The notes: generated by a model not told the origin, from the sequence alone. A DNA stretch of 64,000 nt from Nannocystales bacterium (GCA_050633305.1 JBOEGF010000017.1:14433-78432); one strand, 5' to 3'; positions 37,717-49,527 are shown, counted from the stretch's first letter. A program made the numbers and translations.

Positions 37717-38735
37717 TGCGACGGCTCTTGTTGACGCTGTGCTGCGTGCTGGGGTGCCGCACCACCAGCGGAACCGTTGCGCCGGCGCCGGTTGGCGACC
37801 GCTCCTGGTACGCGGCAGGGCCGACGCCCCCGACGACCAAGGTGTTCCTCATCGCCGGGGGCGACGACGTCGCGAACTTTGCCGCCGAAGTCCTGGAGCA
37901 GCGAACCCTATGGCGCCGAGCCGGCCTCCGTGAGGATCAGATCGCGTGTTACTGGGCGAAGCCCTCCGCCGACGACTTCGACAAAGACCGGGCCCAGTTC
38001 GAAGCCCTCGAAGTTGCGTTGCGGTCCTGCCACCGGGCGAGCCCACAGCGGGTGGCCGACGACTTGCGCGCAGCCGCTGCGCACGCTGATGGTTTCGTGT
38101 TCGTATACGTGACCTCGCACGGGCTCGCCTCGCAGCTGAGCCCGCTGGAGTCCTCGTCCAACCCTCGCGCCGCCCGGCTCGTCGCATCGCTGAGCGCGGC
38201 AGAACGCGAGGTCCTCAGTCCCGCCGCCATCGGGCTGCAAGCCGGCCGAGGTCCTGAGATCGGACAGCCAAGGGCCATCGTGGCCGAGCTGCGCCGCGGC
38301 GTAGAACCAGCCTCGGTCGTGTTCACCCCGCGGACCCTGGGCCCGTTGCTGGCGGCCTTCCCTCCCGAGGTCCGAAAGATCGTCGTGCTACAAGCCTGCT
38401 ACTCGGGAGGGTTCATCGACCACCACGCCAGCGAGGATGCCGACCCCTCCTTGGGTGCCGACGTCCTGCTGGACGTCCCCAACCTGACCGTCATGACCGC
38501 GACCGCAGCCGAGCGCCCCAGCTTTGGGTGCGGGTCAGGAGAGGCCCGCACATACTTCGGGGGCACCTTCAACGTGGCGTTGTCGCGCGCGCTCGAACAG
38601 CACGCCCCCTCCGAGCTGCCGTGGCACGACATCTACGACAACGTCGTCTTCGCGGTCGAAGCGATGGAGGCCGTCCAGGGCACCCGCAGCTCCTTGCCGG
38701 GGTTCATACAAACCGCCGCCCCGCCACAGCCCTAA
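37713..38735 (+). CDS. Peptidase C13 family lipoprotein
   Basis: TSHG...LQACYSGGF catalytic dyad and TA.AAERPSFGC. Confidence 0.85.
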   Translation: MMRRLLLTLCCVLGCRTTSGTVAPAPVGDRSWYAAGPTPPTTKVFLIAGGDDVANFAAEVLEQRTLWRRAGLREDQIACYWAKPSADDFDKDRAQFEALEVALRSCHRASPQRVADDLRAAAAHADGFVFVYVTSHGLASQLSPLESSSNPRAARLVASLSAAEREVLSPAAIGLQAGRGPEIGQPRAIVAELRRGVEPASVVFTPRTLGPLLAAFPPEVRKIVVLQACYSGGFIDHHASEDADPSLGADVLLDVPNLTVMTATAAERPSFGCGSGEARTYFGGTFNVALSRALEQHAPSELPWHDIYDNVVFAVEAMEAVQGTRSSLPGFIQTAAPPQP

Positions 38736-39784
38736 AGAGACGGGCGTGGCTTGCCCAACAGGATCCGGTACACGAAGTCCGGGCCCCGCCGGAGCAGTCG
38801 TTGCAGCGCCACCGCCACCGCCAATGAGAGCAGGGGAAGCGCAACCCACACCACCAGCCGCGCCGCGGACGACTCGACGCCGAGGGTGAAGGCCATCCCC
38901 CGCAGGCCCCTGAGGATAAGGGCGTGACTGAGGAACATCGCGAAGATGGCCGGCTCCAGCCATCTGCGAACGAAGCGACGGGTGGGCTCGTGTTCGCACA
39001 CCCGCATCGACAACACCCAAAACGAGCTCGCACAAACGGGGCGGCGCACGAGCGCATCGAAGGCGTTGGTGTCGATGAACACAAGCGCATCCCCGGTGAG
39101 CGGACGCGCGGCGGACACCACGACGAGTCCCGCAAGCAACCACGGCGCGACCCGGCCGATCAGCGCAACGATGCGCAGACGCTCGAGCTTCAAGACCCCA
39201 AAGCCCACACCCAGTGCGAAGTACGAGACGACCTGGGAGTAGGCGAGCAGAGGCTTCGTGCTCACGAAGCCGCCCAACAAGAACAGCGGAAGCAGCACCC
39301 ACAGGCGCAACCGACGGAGCGCCAAGACCAGCAACGGCGTCGCCAAGGAGATCACGAACAGGTCGCGCAAGAACGTCAGCGGCCGGGTCACCCCGTGGTC
39401 GGAGACGGCGAACACGGCATTGACGAGGTCTTCGGGAATGGGCCGATGGAGCGCAAGCAGCATCGCGAGCGCGAGCCCGTTCCAAACCACCATCGGGATC
39501 ACCAGTCCCCGGACCCTGCCCCACGCCGCCGCGCCCCAGGAGCGCGACGAGAACACGTGCACCATCAGCAGCCCGGAGATCACCGACAGCAGTAGCACGC
39601 TCGAGCGCCCCAGGAGGTCTCGCAGTACACCTTGCACCGCCGCGCCCACGGGGCTCTCTCCCTCGCCCATCGCGATATGAACGTAGGCAACCGGCACGAT
39701 GCAGAGCACCCGGCACGCCGCGATCGCGTCCGAGTGGGTCGCGATCAAACCGCGAAGCTCGTCGTCGGACCGCGTGTCAGGCAT
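38732..39784 (-). CDS. Acyltransferase-3 family membrane protein (ExoH-like)
   Basis: About ten TM segments with I...R...I..V...H, LLSVISG and PLTFLRDLFV. Confidence 0.8.
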   Translation of the reverse strand: MPDTRSDDELRGLIATHSDAIAACRVLCIVPVAYVHIAMGEGESPVGAAVQGVLRDLLGRSSVLLLSVISGLLMVHVFSSRSWGAAAWGRVRGLVIPMVVWNGLALAMLLALHRPIPEDLVNAVFAVSDHGVTRPLTFLRDLFVISLATPLLVLALRRLRLWVLLPLFLLGGFVSTKPLLAYSQVVSYFALGVGFGVLKLERLRIVALIGRVAPWLLAGLVVVSAARPLTGDALVFIDTNAFDALVRRPVCASSFWVLSMRVCEHEPTRRFVRRWLEPAIFAMFLSHALILRGLRGMAFTLGVESSAARLVVWVALPLLSLAVAVALQRLLRRGPDFVYRILLGKPRPSL

Positions 39785-39796
39785 CACCGCGTCGCG

Positions 39797-41719
39797 CTAT
39801 TCCCGGGTCAGGTAGGGGTAGTTCCTCAACATGCCAACCGCCCACGCCTCCCCCAGCGTGGTCTCGTGCCCGAGGTGTCGCTGACGTAGCTCGTGCAGCA
39901 GGCTCTCGACGTCGAAGTCCATCTGACCCAGCGCGTCCTCGTTGGTGAACCCGCTCTTGATGTCCAGCACCACGCCCTCGGAGAACTCCACGCGCGTCAC
40001 ACCAGGGCCGTGCGACTCCGGGGCGTCCGGCGCCTGCACGACGACATCGTGCGTACGCGTGAGCAGGTTGTGGTCGTTGGCCAGCGAGTCTTGATATGCG
40101 CCGGTCATGAAGAAGCCCAGGTAGTACGGCTCCTTGGTCTTGCGACGCTCGTGCAACGGAAGAAACCGCAGGTTCTCCTCGGGGTGGGCGAAGCTCTTGA
40201 GGCAGCCGTCGCTGTCGCACGTGATGTCGATGATCTCCGCCGTCACGCTGGGGCGCTCCCCGTGCCGGCTCAACGGCGCGGCGGGAAAGACCTGGTCGAT
40301 GGCCCACGTATCGGGCAACGACTGAAAGATCGAGAAGTTGGCCAGGTACTTCCGATGCGCGGTCCCGAGGTACTCGACGATTTCCTCGGACGGGCGTTTG
40401 AGCGTGGCGACGATGCGCGCGATCTTCAGGCGAACCCGCTGGAACAGCCCTTCGGCGTTGGCGCGGTCTTCGATGGTGAGGTAGCCCTTCGAGAACAACG
40501 AGAGCACCTCGTCGCGAAGGTCGATCGCATCGTGGAAGTACTCCTCGTAGTTCTTGACCGAGACCAGCTCCAGCGTTTCGCGCAACGTGGAGATGAGGCG
40601 GTTCTCATCATCGCTGGGCTCCGGCAGGGGCAGCAGGTCGCCTTGCACCTCTCGAAGGTCGGTGATCGTCACCGCGTGGGTAGCCACCACGGCGCGCCCA
40701 CTCTCGGTGATGATGTGTGGCGGCCGGGCCTTGGTCATCCGAACCGCCTCCGCCACCTCGAATACCGTCTGCGAGGCGTACTCCTCGACGGAGTAGTTGG
40801 CCGACGATGGATACGACGAACGAGAGCCGTCGTAGTCCACGCCGAGGCCCCCACCCATGTCGAGGAACTGCATGTTGGGCGCGTAGCCGGACTGCAGCTC
40901 GGCGTACAACCGAGCGCCCTCGCGAACCGCCTGCTTGATCTGCTTGATGCGCGTGATCTGAGAGCCGATGTGGAAGTGCAACAGGATCAGCTTGTCGACG
41001 AGCTCGTGCGCCTCGAGACGCCGAACCACTGCGAGAATCTCGCTGGTGGTGAGACCAAACTTCGAGGTCTCCCCACCGGAGCTCTGCCAGCGACCACTGC
41101 CCTTCGCGTAGAGCTTGGCCCGGACCCCGACATCGGGCACGACCGCCCACGGCTGGGCCGCCGCCGTGTCGACGTAGCGGATCACCTCGCGAACCGATTC
41201 GAGAATGATGATCACACGATGGCCGATCTCCGCCGCGTGGAAGGCCATGCGCATGAACTCGCGGTCCTTGAACCCGTTGACCAGCAAGGGCGCGCCTTCG
41301 GTGGGCTCGCGGGACATGGCGAGCAACAGCTCCGGCTTGCTGCCCGCCTCGAGCCCGACCGGGACGGACGCCCCGCCGACGACCGCATCGACCACGGATC
41401 GGCGCTGGTTGACCTTGACCGGAAGGACCCCGGTGTACGACGTGTCGAGTTCGTTCTCCTCCATGGCTTTGGAGAAGGCACGGCTGAGCCGATCGAGACG
41501 CGCCCCGATCATCGAGGGGAAACGAACGACGAACGGGGGCCGCACCCCCTGCGCCTCGAGAAAAGTCGAGACCTCGTAGAGGTCGACGGGCGGCAGGCCT
41601 GGAGCTCGGAACGTGAGATGTCCCTGCTCCGTCACCCCGACGAACTCTTCGCCCCAGCGCTCGACGCCATAGCGCCGTAGCGAGTTCTCCATCACGAAGT
41701 TGCCCTGCGGGGTGTCCAT
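39797..41719 (-). CDS. speA: Biosynthetic arginine decarboxylase
   Basis: [50 protein letters not shown] and DITCDSDG. Confidence 0.95.
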   Translation of the reverse strand: MDTPQGNFVMENSLRRYGVERWGEEFVGVTEQGHLTFRAPGLPPVDLYEVSTFLEAQGVRPPFVVRFPSMIGARLDRLSRAFSKAMEENELDTSYTGVLPVKVNQRRSVVDAVVGGASVPVGLEAGSKPELLLAMSREPTEGAPLLVNGFKDREFMRMAFHAAEIGHRVIIILESVREVIRYVDTAAAQPWAVVPDVGVRAKLYAKGSGRWQSSGGETSKFGLTTSEILAVVRRLEAHELVDKLILLHFHIGSQITRIKQIKQAVREGARLYAELQSGYAPNMQFLDMGGGLGVDYDGSRSSYPSSANYSVEEYASQTVFEVAEAVRMTKARPPHIITESGRAVVATHAVTITDLREVQGDLLPLPEPSDDENRLISTLRETLELVSVKNYEEYFHDAIDLRDEVLSLFSKGYLTIEDRANAEGLFQRVRLKIARIVATLKRPSEEIVEYLGTAHRKYLANFSIFQSLPDTWAIDQVFPAAPLSRHGERPSVTAEIIDITCDSDGCLKSFAHPEENLRFLPLHERRKTKEPYYLGFFMTGAYQDSLANDHNLLTRTHDVVVQAPDAPESHGPGVTRVEFSEGVVLDIKSGFTNEDALGQMDFDVESLLHELRQRHLGHETTLGEAWAVGMLRNYPYLTRE

Positions 41720-41830
41720 GATGCCCCTCCGTACCGCCCCAGCGGCCCGTGGGGCAAGCGACAAAACGCGTTGCCCAGGTGCGGAGGCCGCGGTGTATCG
41801 TGCCCGCCCCTCCAGGGGGAGAAAGCACCG

Positions 41831-43510
41831 ATGGCGTCGTACCAGTACATCTTCACGATGCGCCAGCTGAAGAAGGTCTTCGGCAGTGGCAAAGAAGTCC
41901 TCAAGGGCATCAACCTCCAGTTCTTCCCGGGGGCCAAGATCGGCATCCTCGGCCACAACGGCGCGGGCAAGTCGACCCTGCTCAAGATCATGGCCGGCGT
42001 GGACAAGGAGTTCCTCGGCGAAGCCGGGCCTGCCGAGGGTGTGCGCGTGGGGTACCTGCCTCAGGAGCCGCAGCTCGACGAGACCAAGACGGTCAAGGAG
42101 AACATCGAAGAGGCCGTCTCGGAGATGAAGGCCACGCTCGAGAAGTTCAACGAGGTGTCCATGAAGATGGGCGAGCCCATGACCGACGACGAGATGAACG
42201 CGTTGCTCGAAGAACAGGGCAAGCTGCAGGACATCATCGAAGCCGGGGGCGGCTGGGAGCTCGACCACACGCTCGAGCTGGCGATGGACGCCCTGCGCAC
42301 GCCGCCGGGAGACTCGCCGGTCACCAACCTCTCCGGTGGTGAGAAGCGGCGTGTCGCGCTGACCCGTCTGCTGCTCGAGAAGCCCGACCTGCTCCTGCTC
42401 GACGAGCCGACCAACCACCTCGACGCCGAGAGCGTCGCGTGGCTGGAGAAACACCTGCACGACTACCCCGGCACGATCGTCGCCATCACCCACGACCGGT
42501 ACTTCCTCGACAACGTCGCCGGCTGGATCCTCGAGCTGGACCGTGGCGCCGGCATCCCGTGGGAAGGCAACTACTCCTCCTGGCTCGACCAGAAGCAGAA
42601 GCGCCTCGCCCAAGAGGAAAAGACCGAGAGCAAGCGACAGCGCACCCTGCAGCGCGAGCTCGAGTGGATCAACATGTCGCCCAAAGCGCGACAGTCCAAG
42701 AGCAAGGCACGGATCACCGCCTACAACGACTTGCTTCAGCAGTCGCAAGAGACCCGGGTCGACAAGACCAACCTCAAGATCCCGTTCACCCGTCGTCTCG
42801 GCGGCAAGGTCGTCGAGTTCCAGGGCGTGAAGAAGTCCTACGGCGACAAGCTGCTGTTCGAGGACCTCGAGTTCACCCTGCCGCCCGGCGGCATCGTGGG
42901 CGTCATCGGCCCCAACGGCGCAGGCAAGTCCACCATGTTCCGGCTGCTGGTCGGCGAGGAGCAGCCCGACGAGGGCAAGGTGATCAAGGGCGAGACCGTC
43001 GACCTGGCCTACGTCGACCAGAGCCGCGACGCCCTCGACGCGAAGAACACCGTCTACGAGGAAATCTCCGAGGGTGCCGAGACCATCGACATGGCCGGGG
43101 TCGAGCTCAACGCCCGCGCCTACGTCAGCCGGTTCAACTTCAACGGCACCGACCAGCAGCAAAAGGTCGGCGTCCTCTCCGGCGGGGAGCGCAACCGGGT
43201 GCACCTGGCCAAGCTCATCAAGCGCGGCGGCAACCTGCTGCTCCTCGATGAGCCGACCAACGACCTCGACATCGAGACGCTACGCCACCTCGAGGACGCC
43301 TTATTGGACTTCCCCGGCTGCGCCGTCGTCATCAGTCACGATCGCTGGTTCCTCGACCGCATCGCGACGCACATCCTCGCGTTCGAGGGCGATTCCAAGG
43401 TCACCTGGTTCCAAGGCAACTTCGCGGACTACGAGGCGGACCGGAAGCGGCGACTTGGGGATGACGCGTTGGTGCCGAAGCGGATTAAGTACCGGAAGCT
43501 GACCAAGTGA
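41831..43510 (+). CDS. ettA: Energy-dependent translational throttle protein (ABC-F)
   Basis: [16 protein letters not shown], two ABC domains, [15 protein letters not shown] and a C-terminal RIKYRKL. Confidence 0.96.
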   Translation: MASYQYIFTMRQLKKVFGSGKEVLKGINLQFFPGAKIGILGHNGAGKSTLLKIMAGVDKEFLGEAGPAEGVRVGYLPQEPQLDETKTVKENIEEAVSEMKATLEKFNEVSMKMGEPMTDDEMNALLEEQGKLQDIIEAGGGWELDHTLELAMDALRTPPGDSPVTNLSGGEKRRVALTRLLLEKPDLLLLDEPTNHLDAESVAWLEKHLHDYPGTIVAITHDRYFLDNVAGWILELDRGAGIPWEGNYSSWLDQKQKRLAQEEKTESKRQRTLQRELEWINMSPKARQSKSKARITAYNDLLQQSQETRVDKTNLKIPFTRRLGGKVVEFQGVKKSYGDKLLFEDLEFTLPPGGIVGVIGPNGAGKSTMFRLLVGEEQPDEGKVIKGETVDLAYVDQSRDALDAKNTVYEEISEGAETIDMAGVELNARAYVSRFNFNGTDQQQKVGVLSGGERNRVHLAKLIKRGGNLLLLDEPTNDLDIETLRHLEDALLDFPGCAVVISHDRWFLDRIATHILAFEGDSKVTWFQGNFADYEADRKRRLGDDALVPKRIKYRKLTK

Positions 43511-43729
43511 CCGAATCTGTGGTTCGGGACAGCGCCGCGAATCACAGATTCAATCGCCGAGCGGCGTGCCGGAAATGGCTCCTCGCCACTTCCGGTCGCG
43601 GGACCGACGCCCCAACTCTTGCGACGCGCCGGTCACGGGCGCTTGTTTGGCGAGGTTTTCATACCCCCTGTGCGAACCCCTTTGCGTCGTCCGAAACCAC
43701 GGATTCGAGCCGCTCGGGCGAACTCGCGG

Positions 43730-45088
43730 CTACCAGCTGATGAGCACCACGCCGTCTCCCGCCTGGTTACCGGGTGTCATACTCGCATCGATCAGCTCGC
43801 CGACCCAGGACGAACCGCCGCCGCCTCCCCCGCTGCCGCAGTTGCCGGTCGACGTTCCACCCCCCCCGTAATACCCACCGCCCCCTCCCGAGGTGCCACC
43901 GTAGTTCTCGAAACAGACACCATTCTCCCACGTGTCGCCGTCGCCCCCAACTCCGAGTTCGCCGCTCGTGCCGCACGTCATGCTGTAGCCGGTATTGCAC
44001 GACGGATCGCCGCCGGAGAAGGCTCCTCCGCCTCCGGCACCCCCTGCGTGCTCTGCCGAGATTCCGGTGCCCCCCTCCGCAGCACCATCGGCACCATCAC
44101 CGCTGCTGTATCCGACACCGCCGCCGCCACCACAGTAGTTGTCGGCGCAGACGCCACCACCACCAGCACCGCCGGCATAGTTGGAGTCACCAGAACTGCT
44201 CCCGCCTCCACCTGCAACAACGACACGATCGGCGAGTTCGGTGCCACCGAAGCGGACATCGGATGCGCCTCCGCCGGTCCGCATGTCTTGGGCGTGTCCC
44301 TGCCCCCCGCCGTTCCATCCGTTCTGCCCGCCCGCATAGACGCTGAGAGTGTCACCAGGCATCACAGCAAGGTCGCCAACAGCCGTCCCGCCGTTGCCCC
44401 CGTTTCCACCACCCCCCTGGGCTCCGCGGACCTCGATCGTCACAAGCTCAACACAGGCTGGCACGACGAACTCCTCGGCCCCCTCCACAAAGTCGAACTG
44501 TTCGCTGCCCGCGACGGGGCCAGGCTCTTCGCAACTCCCCCCGCAGAGTTCCACCTCACACCCGTCGGCGAGACTCTCGTTGCAATCCGCGAAGTCGTCA
44601 GCGCACGTGGCAACACACTCAATGCAGCTTCCATTCTCGAAGCCAGCATCGCCATCGCACTCTTCACCGGCCGTCGTGTTTAACGCGCCATCTCCACAGA
44701 CGGACAAGGTGCAGTCGGCGTTGCACTCGATGGACTCTCCAGAATCGTCGCACTCCTCTCCGTCGTCCACGAAGCCATCGCCACAGACGCCGAGGGACGT
44801 CCCTGTGGTGCCCTCCCCTGTGGACTCGCCGCGGCTCTCCCCCGTCATCCCCTCAGTCGTCTCGCCGCCGGTCGTGTCGTCTCCGGACGTGTCGTCTCCG
44901 GTCGGGTCGCCACTGGTCGAGCCGCCGTCCCCCGTCGTGCCAGGGTTCGTCGTCGGATTCGAGGTCGTCTCACTCCCGGTCCCGTCCGCGCCCGACGTTC
45001 CGCTGCCGGAAGTCGTGGTGCCTCCAGAGTCGCAGGCAGTTCCGATGAGAAGCAGGCTCGAAGCGAGGAGTAGTTTCGCGTTGTTCAT
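43730..45088 (-). CDS. Lipoprotein with Thr/Gly linker, myxobacterial Cys-rich repeats and a Gly-rich domain
   Basis: IGTAC lipobox, CGDGFVD.GEECDD, and GGGASDVR...RVVVAGGGG...GGGGGYYGGGG. Confidence 0.85.
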   Translation of the reverse strand: MNNAKLLLASSLLLIGTACDSGGTTTSGSGTSGADGTGSETTSNPTTNPGTTGDGGSTSGDPTGDDTSGDDTTGGETTEGMTGESRGESTGEGTTGTSLGVCGDGFVDDGEECDDSGESIECNADCTLSVCGDGALNTTAGEECDGDAGFENGSCIECVATCADDFADCNESLADGCEVELCGGSCEEPGPVAGSEQFDFVEGAEEFVVPACVELVTIEVRGAQGGGGNGGNGGTAVGDLAVMPGDTLSVYAGGQNGWNGGGQGHAQDMRTGGGASDVRFGGTELADRVVVAGGGGSSSGDSNYAGGAGGGGVCADNYCGGGGGVGYSSGDGADGAAEGGTGISAEHAGGAGGGGAFSGGDPSCNTGYSMTCGTSGELGVGGDGDTWENGVCFENYGGTSGGGGGYYGGGGTSTGNCGSGGGGGGSSWVGELIDASMTPGNQAGDGVVLISW

Positions 45089-45349
45089 GTGGGTTGCCGT
45101 CGAAGGTCCGACATAATGATGAGAGAAGAGAAGGTATTTCGCAATACACGCCAGTCGCACTGCGATGACATCGGCGCCGGCTCGGCATCCTGTCCCCTGG
45201 GGTCGCATCGTGCACGGTCGCCGTGAACCGGACCCGCAACCCCCTGTCCCGACACTGGGCAGTCATCGCTCTCAATGCCCTGGCTGGCCGGGCCAAACAC
45301 CGTCGACTCCTCGGTTCAAGCGGGCCACCGCCTCCTCGCCCCATGAACC

Positions 45350-46456
45350 TCACCCCTCGGGAGGAATCTGCTCGCACGTCGCGGCCACGACATCGGCCAA
45401 CGCCGTGCCGAGCACCCCGGTGAAGTCAGGGCTGCCTCCGATGGACAGGTCCACCCAGGACTCGGGCGGGCCGCCAAACCCATCCATGAAGTCGGTGAGC
45501 CGGGTGTTGACGTTGGCCGGGTTGCCATAACAAGCGCCCGCGATCGCCCCGGAGGTCACGATGCACATGTCGCCGCACTCAGCCTTGGCGTCGCTGACGA
45601 TGTCGACGAAGTCGCTGGTCGGGATGTCCGGGGGGCTGAGGTCGGGAGAATCCGAGAGCAGGAACAACACGAGGACTGCGTTGGTCCGCATGAAGCCTTC
45701 GTTGTACGCGGCGTTGGCGGGGTGGAACGGATACGCAGCGCCAGCGACCACCGTCTCGGTGTTGGAGTGCGGCGCTGCGCCGTCGATCACCCCGGTCATC
45801 GCCCCGCCAAACCACGTGTTGAGGCCCGCGGTGTCGCTCCCGGTGTTCACCGCGTAGTAGCGCTGGCCATCATGCTCATACAGGCGGCCTTGCTGGCCAT
45901 TCTCACCGTTGTCTCCGTCCTGGGGCGGATAGAAGACACCATCGGTGACCGTCGCCTCACAGGCCGGGCCGCTCCAGCCCCCGGAGTTTCCCGGGTCGTA
46001 GAAGCCGGTGGCGCGGGTCAGGCCAACATGGAGGTCCGTGCCCATCGGCAGCGCATTGACCATCTCGTCCACGAACTGAGGAAACGCGGCGATCACCGGA
46101 GCGCGATGCGTCTCCATGGAACCGGAGTTGTCGACGACAAACAGGATATCGACCGCGTTGCATCCGCAGTCGATGTCGTCCGGGCCGCAGCCCGTTGCGG
46201 GGCCGTCGGTGTCATTTCCGACGTCGAAGATGGGCTCCTCACCGGTCTCATCCTCGGTTCCACTGGCCTGGGTATCGGATGTGGCCGATGTGGACCCGCC
46301 CGGACCGCTGCCATCCCCGGCGCTCCCCGTCGCGCTCGCGCCCGTCGGCGCCGTGACCCCACCGGCATCGCCGGATCCGAAAGGGTCGTCATCCCGTGGT
46401 GCGTCCGAGCACCCCACCACCACGCAGGTCCCCACCAGTACGGCACGAAGCTTCAT
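45350..46456 (-). CDS. Lipoprotein with vWA-like domain
   Basis: VVVGC lipobox and VDILFVVDNSGSM MIDAS motif. Confidence 0.85.
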   Translation of the reverse strand: MKLRAVLVGTCVVVGCSDAPRDDDPFGSGDAGGVTAPTGASATGSAGDGSGPGGSTSATSDTQASGTEDETGEEPIFDVGNDTDGPATGCGPDDIDCGCNAVDILFVVDNSGSMETHRAPVIAAFPQFVDEMVNALPMGTDLHVGLTRATGFYDPGNSGGWSGPACEATVTDGVFYPPQDGDNGENGQQGRLYEHDGQRYYAVNTGSDTAGLNTWFGGAMTGVIDGAAPHSNTETVVAGAAYPFHPANAAYNEGFMRTNAVLVLFLLSDSPDLSPPDIPTSDFVDIVSDAKAECGDMCIVTSGAIAGACYGNPANVNTRLTDFMDGFGGPPESWVDLSIGGSPDFTGVLGTALADVVAATCEQIPPEG

Positions 46457-46544
46457 GGCGTGGGGGTGTCGTCCCCGCGCGGTTGTGGGTCAAGTTTTCT
46501 CGTGGCCTGGCGGCCCGGCAAGCTTCCGGACCGACACCGCGTGT

Positions 46545-47051
46545 CTAGTACAGACGGAGGGAGCCGAGGAAGTCGCGCTTGCCCAACTCGACTCCGGAGT
46601 TTCGGAGGACCGTGTATGCGGTCGTGACGTGGAAGTAGAAGTTGGGCTGCGCGAACTCGTAGAGGTAGTCCGTGCCCTTGATCTTCCTGTCGTCGAGGAA
46701 CGGCAGCACCACCTCCGCGTCCTCCCGCCCCTCGAGCGCCTCGGGCGTGACGGTCTCGAGAAACGCCAACGTCTTGCTGATTCGCGCCCGCAGCTCCTCG
46801 ATCGTCGTCTCGGTGTCGGGGTGGGAAGGCACCTCGACCCCCGCGAGCCGGGCCACGCCGGCTTTTGCCGCATCGCACGCGGCCTGAACCTGCCGGCCGA
46901 AGGAGAACTGGTCAGGAGCCAACCGGATCCCGACGAAGTTGTTGGCATCGAACGAGCGCGCCTCCGCGTGGCTCACGGCCTTCTCCAGCCACCCATCGAG
47001 GTTGCGCAGCATCTTGGACATCTGGAAGACGGACCCGGTGTGAAGCGACAT
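46545..47051 (-). CDS. DUF1993 family protein
   Basis: RLAPDQF.F..QVQ.ACD.AK and PNFYFHVTTAY..LR..GVELGK.DFLG. Confidence 0.92.
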   Translation of the reverse strand: MSLHTGSVFQMSKMLRNLDGWLEKAVSHAEARSFDANNFVGIRLAPDQFSFGRQVQAACDAAKAGVARLAGVEVPSHPDTETTIEELRARISKTLAFLETVTPEALEGREDAEVVLPFLDDRKIKGTDYLYEFAQPNFYFHVTTAYTVLRNSGVELGKRDFLGSLRLY

Positions 47052-47124
47052 TGCGGTCTGTACGCCACCGCCGGGACGCTCGTTACGCGCCCAGCGTAGG
47101 CGTGCGCTACCCTGCCACCGCCCG

Positions 47125-47832
47125 ATGCTGAAGAAGGTCGCCATCGCACTCGGCGTGCTCGTGCTCCTCGCAGGTGTCGCGGTCTTCGTCTTGTACCGCC
47201 AAGCCACGGCGCTCCCAGACTGGGCAGACGCGGAGGTCGCCGAGCAGGCGGCGGCGGACCCCAACGCCCCCATCGTCTGGGAAGCCGAGTCCGAAGGCGA
47301 CGAGCCGCTCGCACCCGAACTCGAAGCAGCCTTGCCGGCCGACCCGCCGACCTCTCCTCCGGCGACCGAAGCCCAAGCCCCTCCATCAGCCAGCCGGCCG
47401 GCCCAGGCTCGCCCGAAGAAGAAGGCCAAGCGCTACGTGCTCCGCGGCTTTCATCGTCGTGGCAAGGGTGCCGGCAAAGACGCCGTCCGAGCCTCGAAAG
47501 CCGTGCTCGAAGGCGGACGTCTCGAAGCCGGCGTCGTCCTCGACCTCGCTCGCATTCAAGACGCGAAGATGTCCGACTCCGATCGCGGCTTGTACGAAGG
47601 CGCGCTCGATGCTTTCCCGCCACTGCGCAAGAAGAACGTCTACGTGGGCGTGGAGACCCGGCCCGTCCGCAAACAGGGCGTGCTGCAGCTGGGCAAGGAC
47701 GCGAAGCTCCGGGTGGGATCCATTCGCTACAGCATCGGCTCCGCCGCGGGAAAGCTCGGCATGAGCGAGGCGGGGCTACGCAAGAACCTCAACCGCCACC
47801 TGAAGCGGCTCGGGTTCAAAGACCCAGGTTGA
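47125..47832 (+). CDS. Hypothetical membrane-anchored protein
   Basis: N-terminal TM, Pro/Ala linker and a basic C-terminal domain. Confidence 0.7.
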   Translation: MLKKVAIALGVLVLLAGVAVFVLYRQATALPDWADAEVAEQAAADPNAPIVWEAESEGDEPLAPELEAALPADPPTSPPATEAQAPPSASRPAQARPKKKAKRYVLRGFHRRGKGAGKDAVRASKAVLEGGRLEAGVVLDLARIQDAKMSDSDRGLYEGALDAFPPLRKKNVYVGVETRPVRKQGVLQLGKDAKLRVGSIRYSIGSAAGKLGMSEAGLRKNLNRHLKRLGFKDPG

Positions 47833-47896
47833 CCCCGAGCCGACCGCAGCGGCGCAGCTTTTGCCGTCGCTCGATTTGCGCCTCGGGCCAACATCG

Positions 47897-48463
47897 ATGT
47901 CGGTGCAGAAGTTCGAAGTCAGGCCGCGGTTCGAGCTGCGGCTTGCCGTGCCGCCGCAGACCCTCGAGGCGTCCCTGCGAGCATCGATGGAGGATGATGC
48001 ATCGAGTTGGGCGCGTCTCCCCTACGCCGAGTTCGGGGTCCCGCATGGCGAACGACACACCTGGTCGCCCCGACTGGCGGTGTGTGTTCGAGACCCCGAC
48101 CCCGGGGACGACGAGCTTCTTCTCCTTTGCCGCTTTCAGCCCGAGGCCGCGGTGTGGACGTTCTACATGGCACTCACCGCCGGACTGTGTGTGTCTGCCT
48201 GTCTCGCGATCACCTGGATCTGCGCCTCGTGGATCATGGGCACGAGCTTGGTCGGTCCGCTGTGCGCCCTCGCTGGCACGGCGTTGCTCGGAGCCGCGCT
48301 GTTCGGCGCATCGCAGCTCGGGCAGCGCAAGGCGCAAGCGCAGATGAGCGGACTCGCGGACCGGTTGTGGATGGCCCTGTGCGACGCCAAGGCGCGCGCG
48401 TCCGGGGAGAAGCCGATGACCGTGGACCCGCAGTGGACCCGCGGAAGGCCGAGCGCACCATGA
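47897..48463 (+). CDS. Hypothetical membrane protein
   Basis: Two TM segments. ATGA overlap with the downstream channel gene. Confidence 0.65.
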   Translation: MSVQKFEVRPRFELRLAVPPQTLEASLRASMEDDASSWARLPYAEFGVPHGERHTWSPRLAVCVRDPDPGDDELLLLCRFQPEAAVWTFYMALTAGLCVSACLAITWICASWIMGTSLVGPLCALAGTALLGAALFGASQLGQRKAQAQMSGLADRLWMALCDAKARASGEKPMTVDPQWTRGRPSAP

Positions 48464-49527
48464 CCCGCCTGGTCGCGACCCGCCTGGCGATGCTGTTCGC
48501 ACTACTCTTCGCGCTGGTGCACGGCACAAGCGCGGATGCGGCCCCCCTGCGTGTGGGCACAAAACACGCTCCCCCGTTCGCGCAACGGGGGGCCGACGGA
48601 CGCTGGCACGGCATCAGCATCGCACTGTGGGAGGACCTCGCCGACGACCTCGACCTCGAGTACGAGTACGTGGAACGGGACCTCCCCGGCCTGCTCACCG
48701 GACTCGAAGACGGCTCGCTGGACGTCGTCGCCGCCGCCCTCACCGTCACCGCACAGCGCGAGGCGAAGCTCGACTTCACGGCCCCGTTTCACACGACAGG
48801 GTTGGCCGTCGTGGTCCGAGACGAGAGCACACCCGTCTGGCTGCAGGCCGTTCGGCTCCTGGTCTCGACGAGCTTCGTATCGCTCATTCTCGTCGTCGGA
48901 TTGCTCCAGCTCGCGGTGGGGACGCTGGTGTGGGCTCTGGAGAAGCGCGCCAACCCGGACCAATTTGGGCAGCACTCCCTGTGGCGCGGACTGGCCGCGG
49001 GGTTTTGGTGGTCGACCGTCACCATGACCACCGTCGGCTACGGCGACAAGACTCCCAGAACGATGGCCGGCCGGGTCGTCGCCCAAGCCTGGATGCTCTG
49101 CAGCGTCGTGATCGTATCGGTGTTTACAGCCACCGTCGCTTCCAATCTCACCGTCGAGCAGCTGTCCTCTCGGGTCCGAAGCGCCTCTGACCTACGCAAT
49201 GTGAAGGTCGCCGTGGTCGAAGGCAGCACGTCCGACCTCTACGCCGAGGCGCATGACATCGACGCGATTCGGCAGCAAGGGTTGGAGTCCGCCTTCACCG
49301 CGCTTCGGGACGGCGACGTCGACGCAGTTGTCCACGACGCCCCCCTGCTGACCGAGGAACTCCGCTCCCCAGCGACCGTCTCCCTGCGACTGCTCGACTT
49401 CCGGTTTCGACGTCAGGACTATGCCTTTGCGGTGCCCACAGGCAGTCCTATTCGCGAATCGATCAATCGGGCTCTCCCTGAAAGACTGCGCCGAAGCGAG
49501 CTCGGCGACAGCGGCGCGAGATTGTGA
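48460..49527 (+). CDS. Ligand-gated K+ channel-like protein (GluR0-type: split substrate-binding domain plus pore)
   Basis: Signal peptide, SBP family 3 motifs (LTVTAQREAKLDFT.PF) and WWSTVTMTTVGYGD selectivity filter. Confidence 0.9.
   Translation: MTRLVATRLAMLFALLFALVHGTSADAAPLRVGTKHAPPFAQRGADGRWHGISIALWEDLADDLDLEYEYVERDLPGLLTGLEDGSLDVVAAALTVTAQREAKLDFTAPFHTTGLAVVVRDESTPVWLQAVRLLVSTSFVSLILVVGLLQLAVGTLVWALEKRANPDQFGQHSLWRGLAAGFWWSTVTMTTVGYGDKTPRTMAGRVVAQAWMLCSVVIVSVFTATVASNLTVEQLSSRVRSASDLRNVKVAVVEGSTSDLYAEAHDIDAIRQQGLESAFTALRDGDVDAVVHDAPLLTEELRSPATVSLRLLDFRFRRQDYAFAVPTGSPIRESINRALPERLRRSELGDSGARL

Noticed and set aside
39797..43204. 1135-aa ORF as a SpeA fusion
   Set aside because: The N-terminal ~495 aa are the antisense shadow of ettA. 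SpeA begins near 41719.
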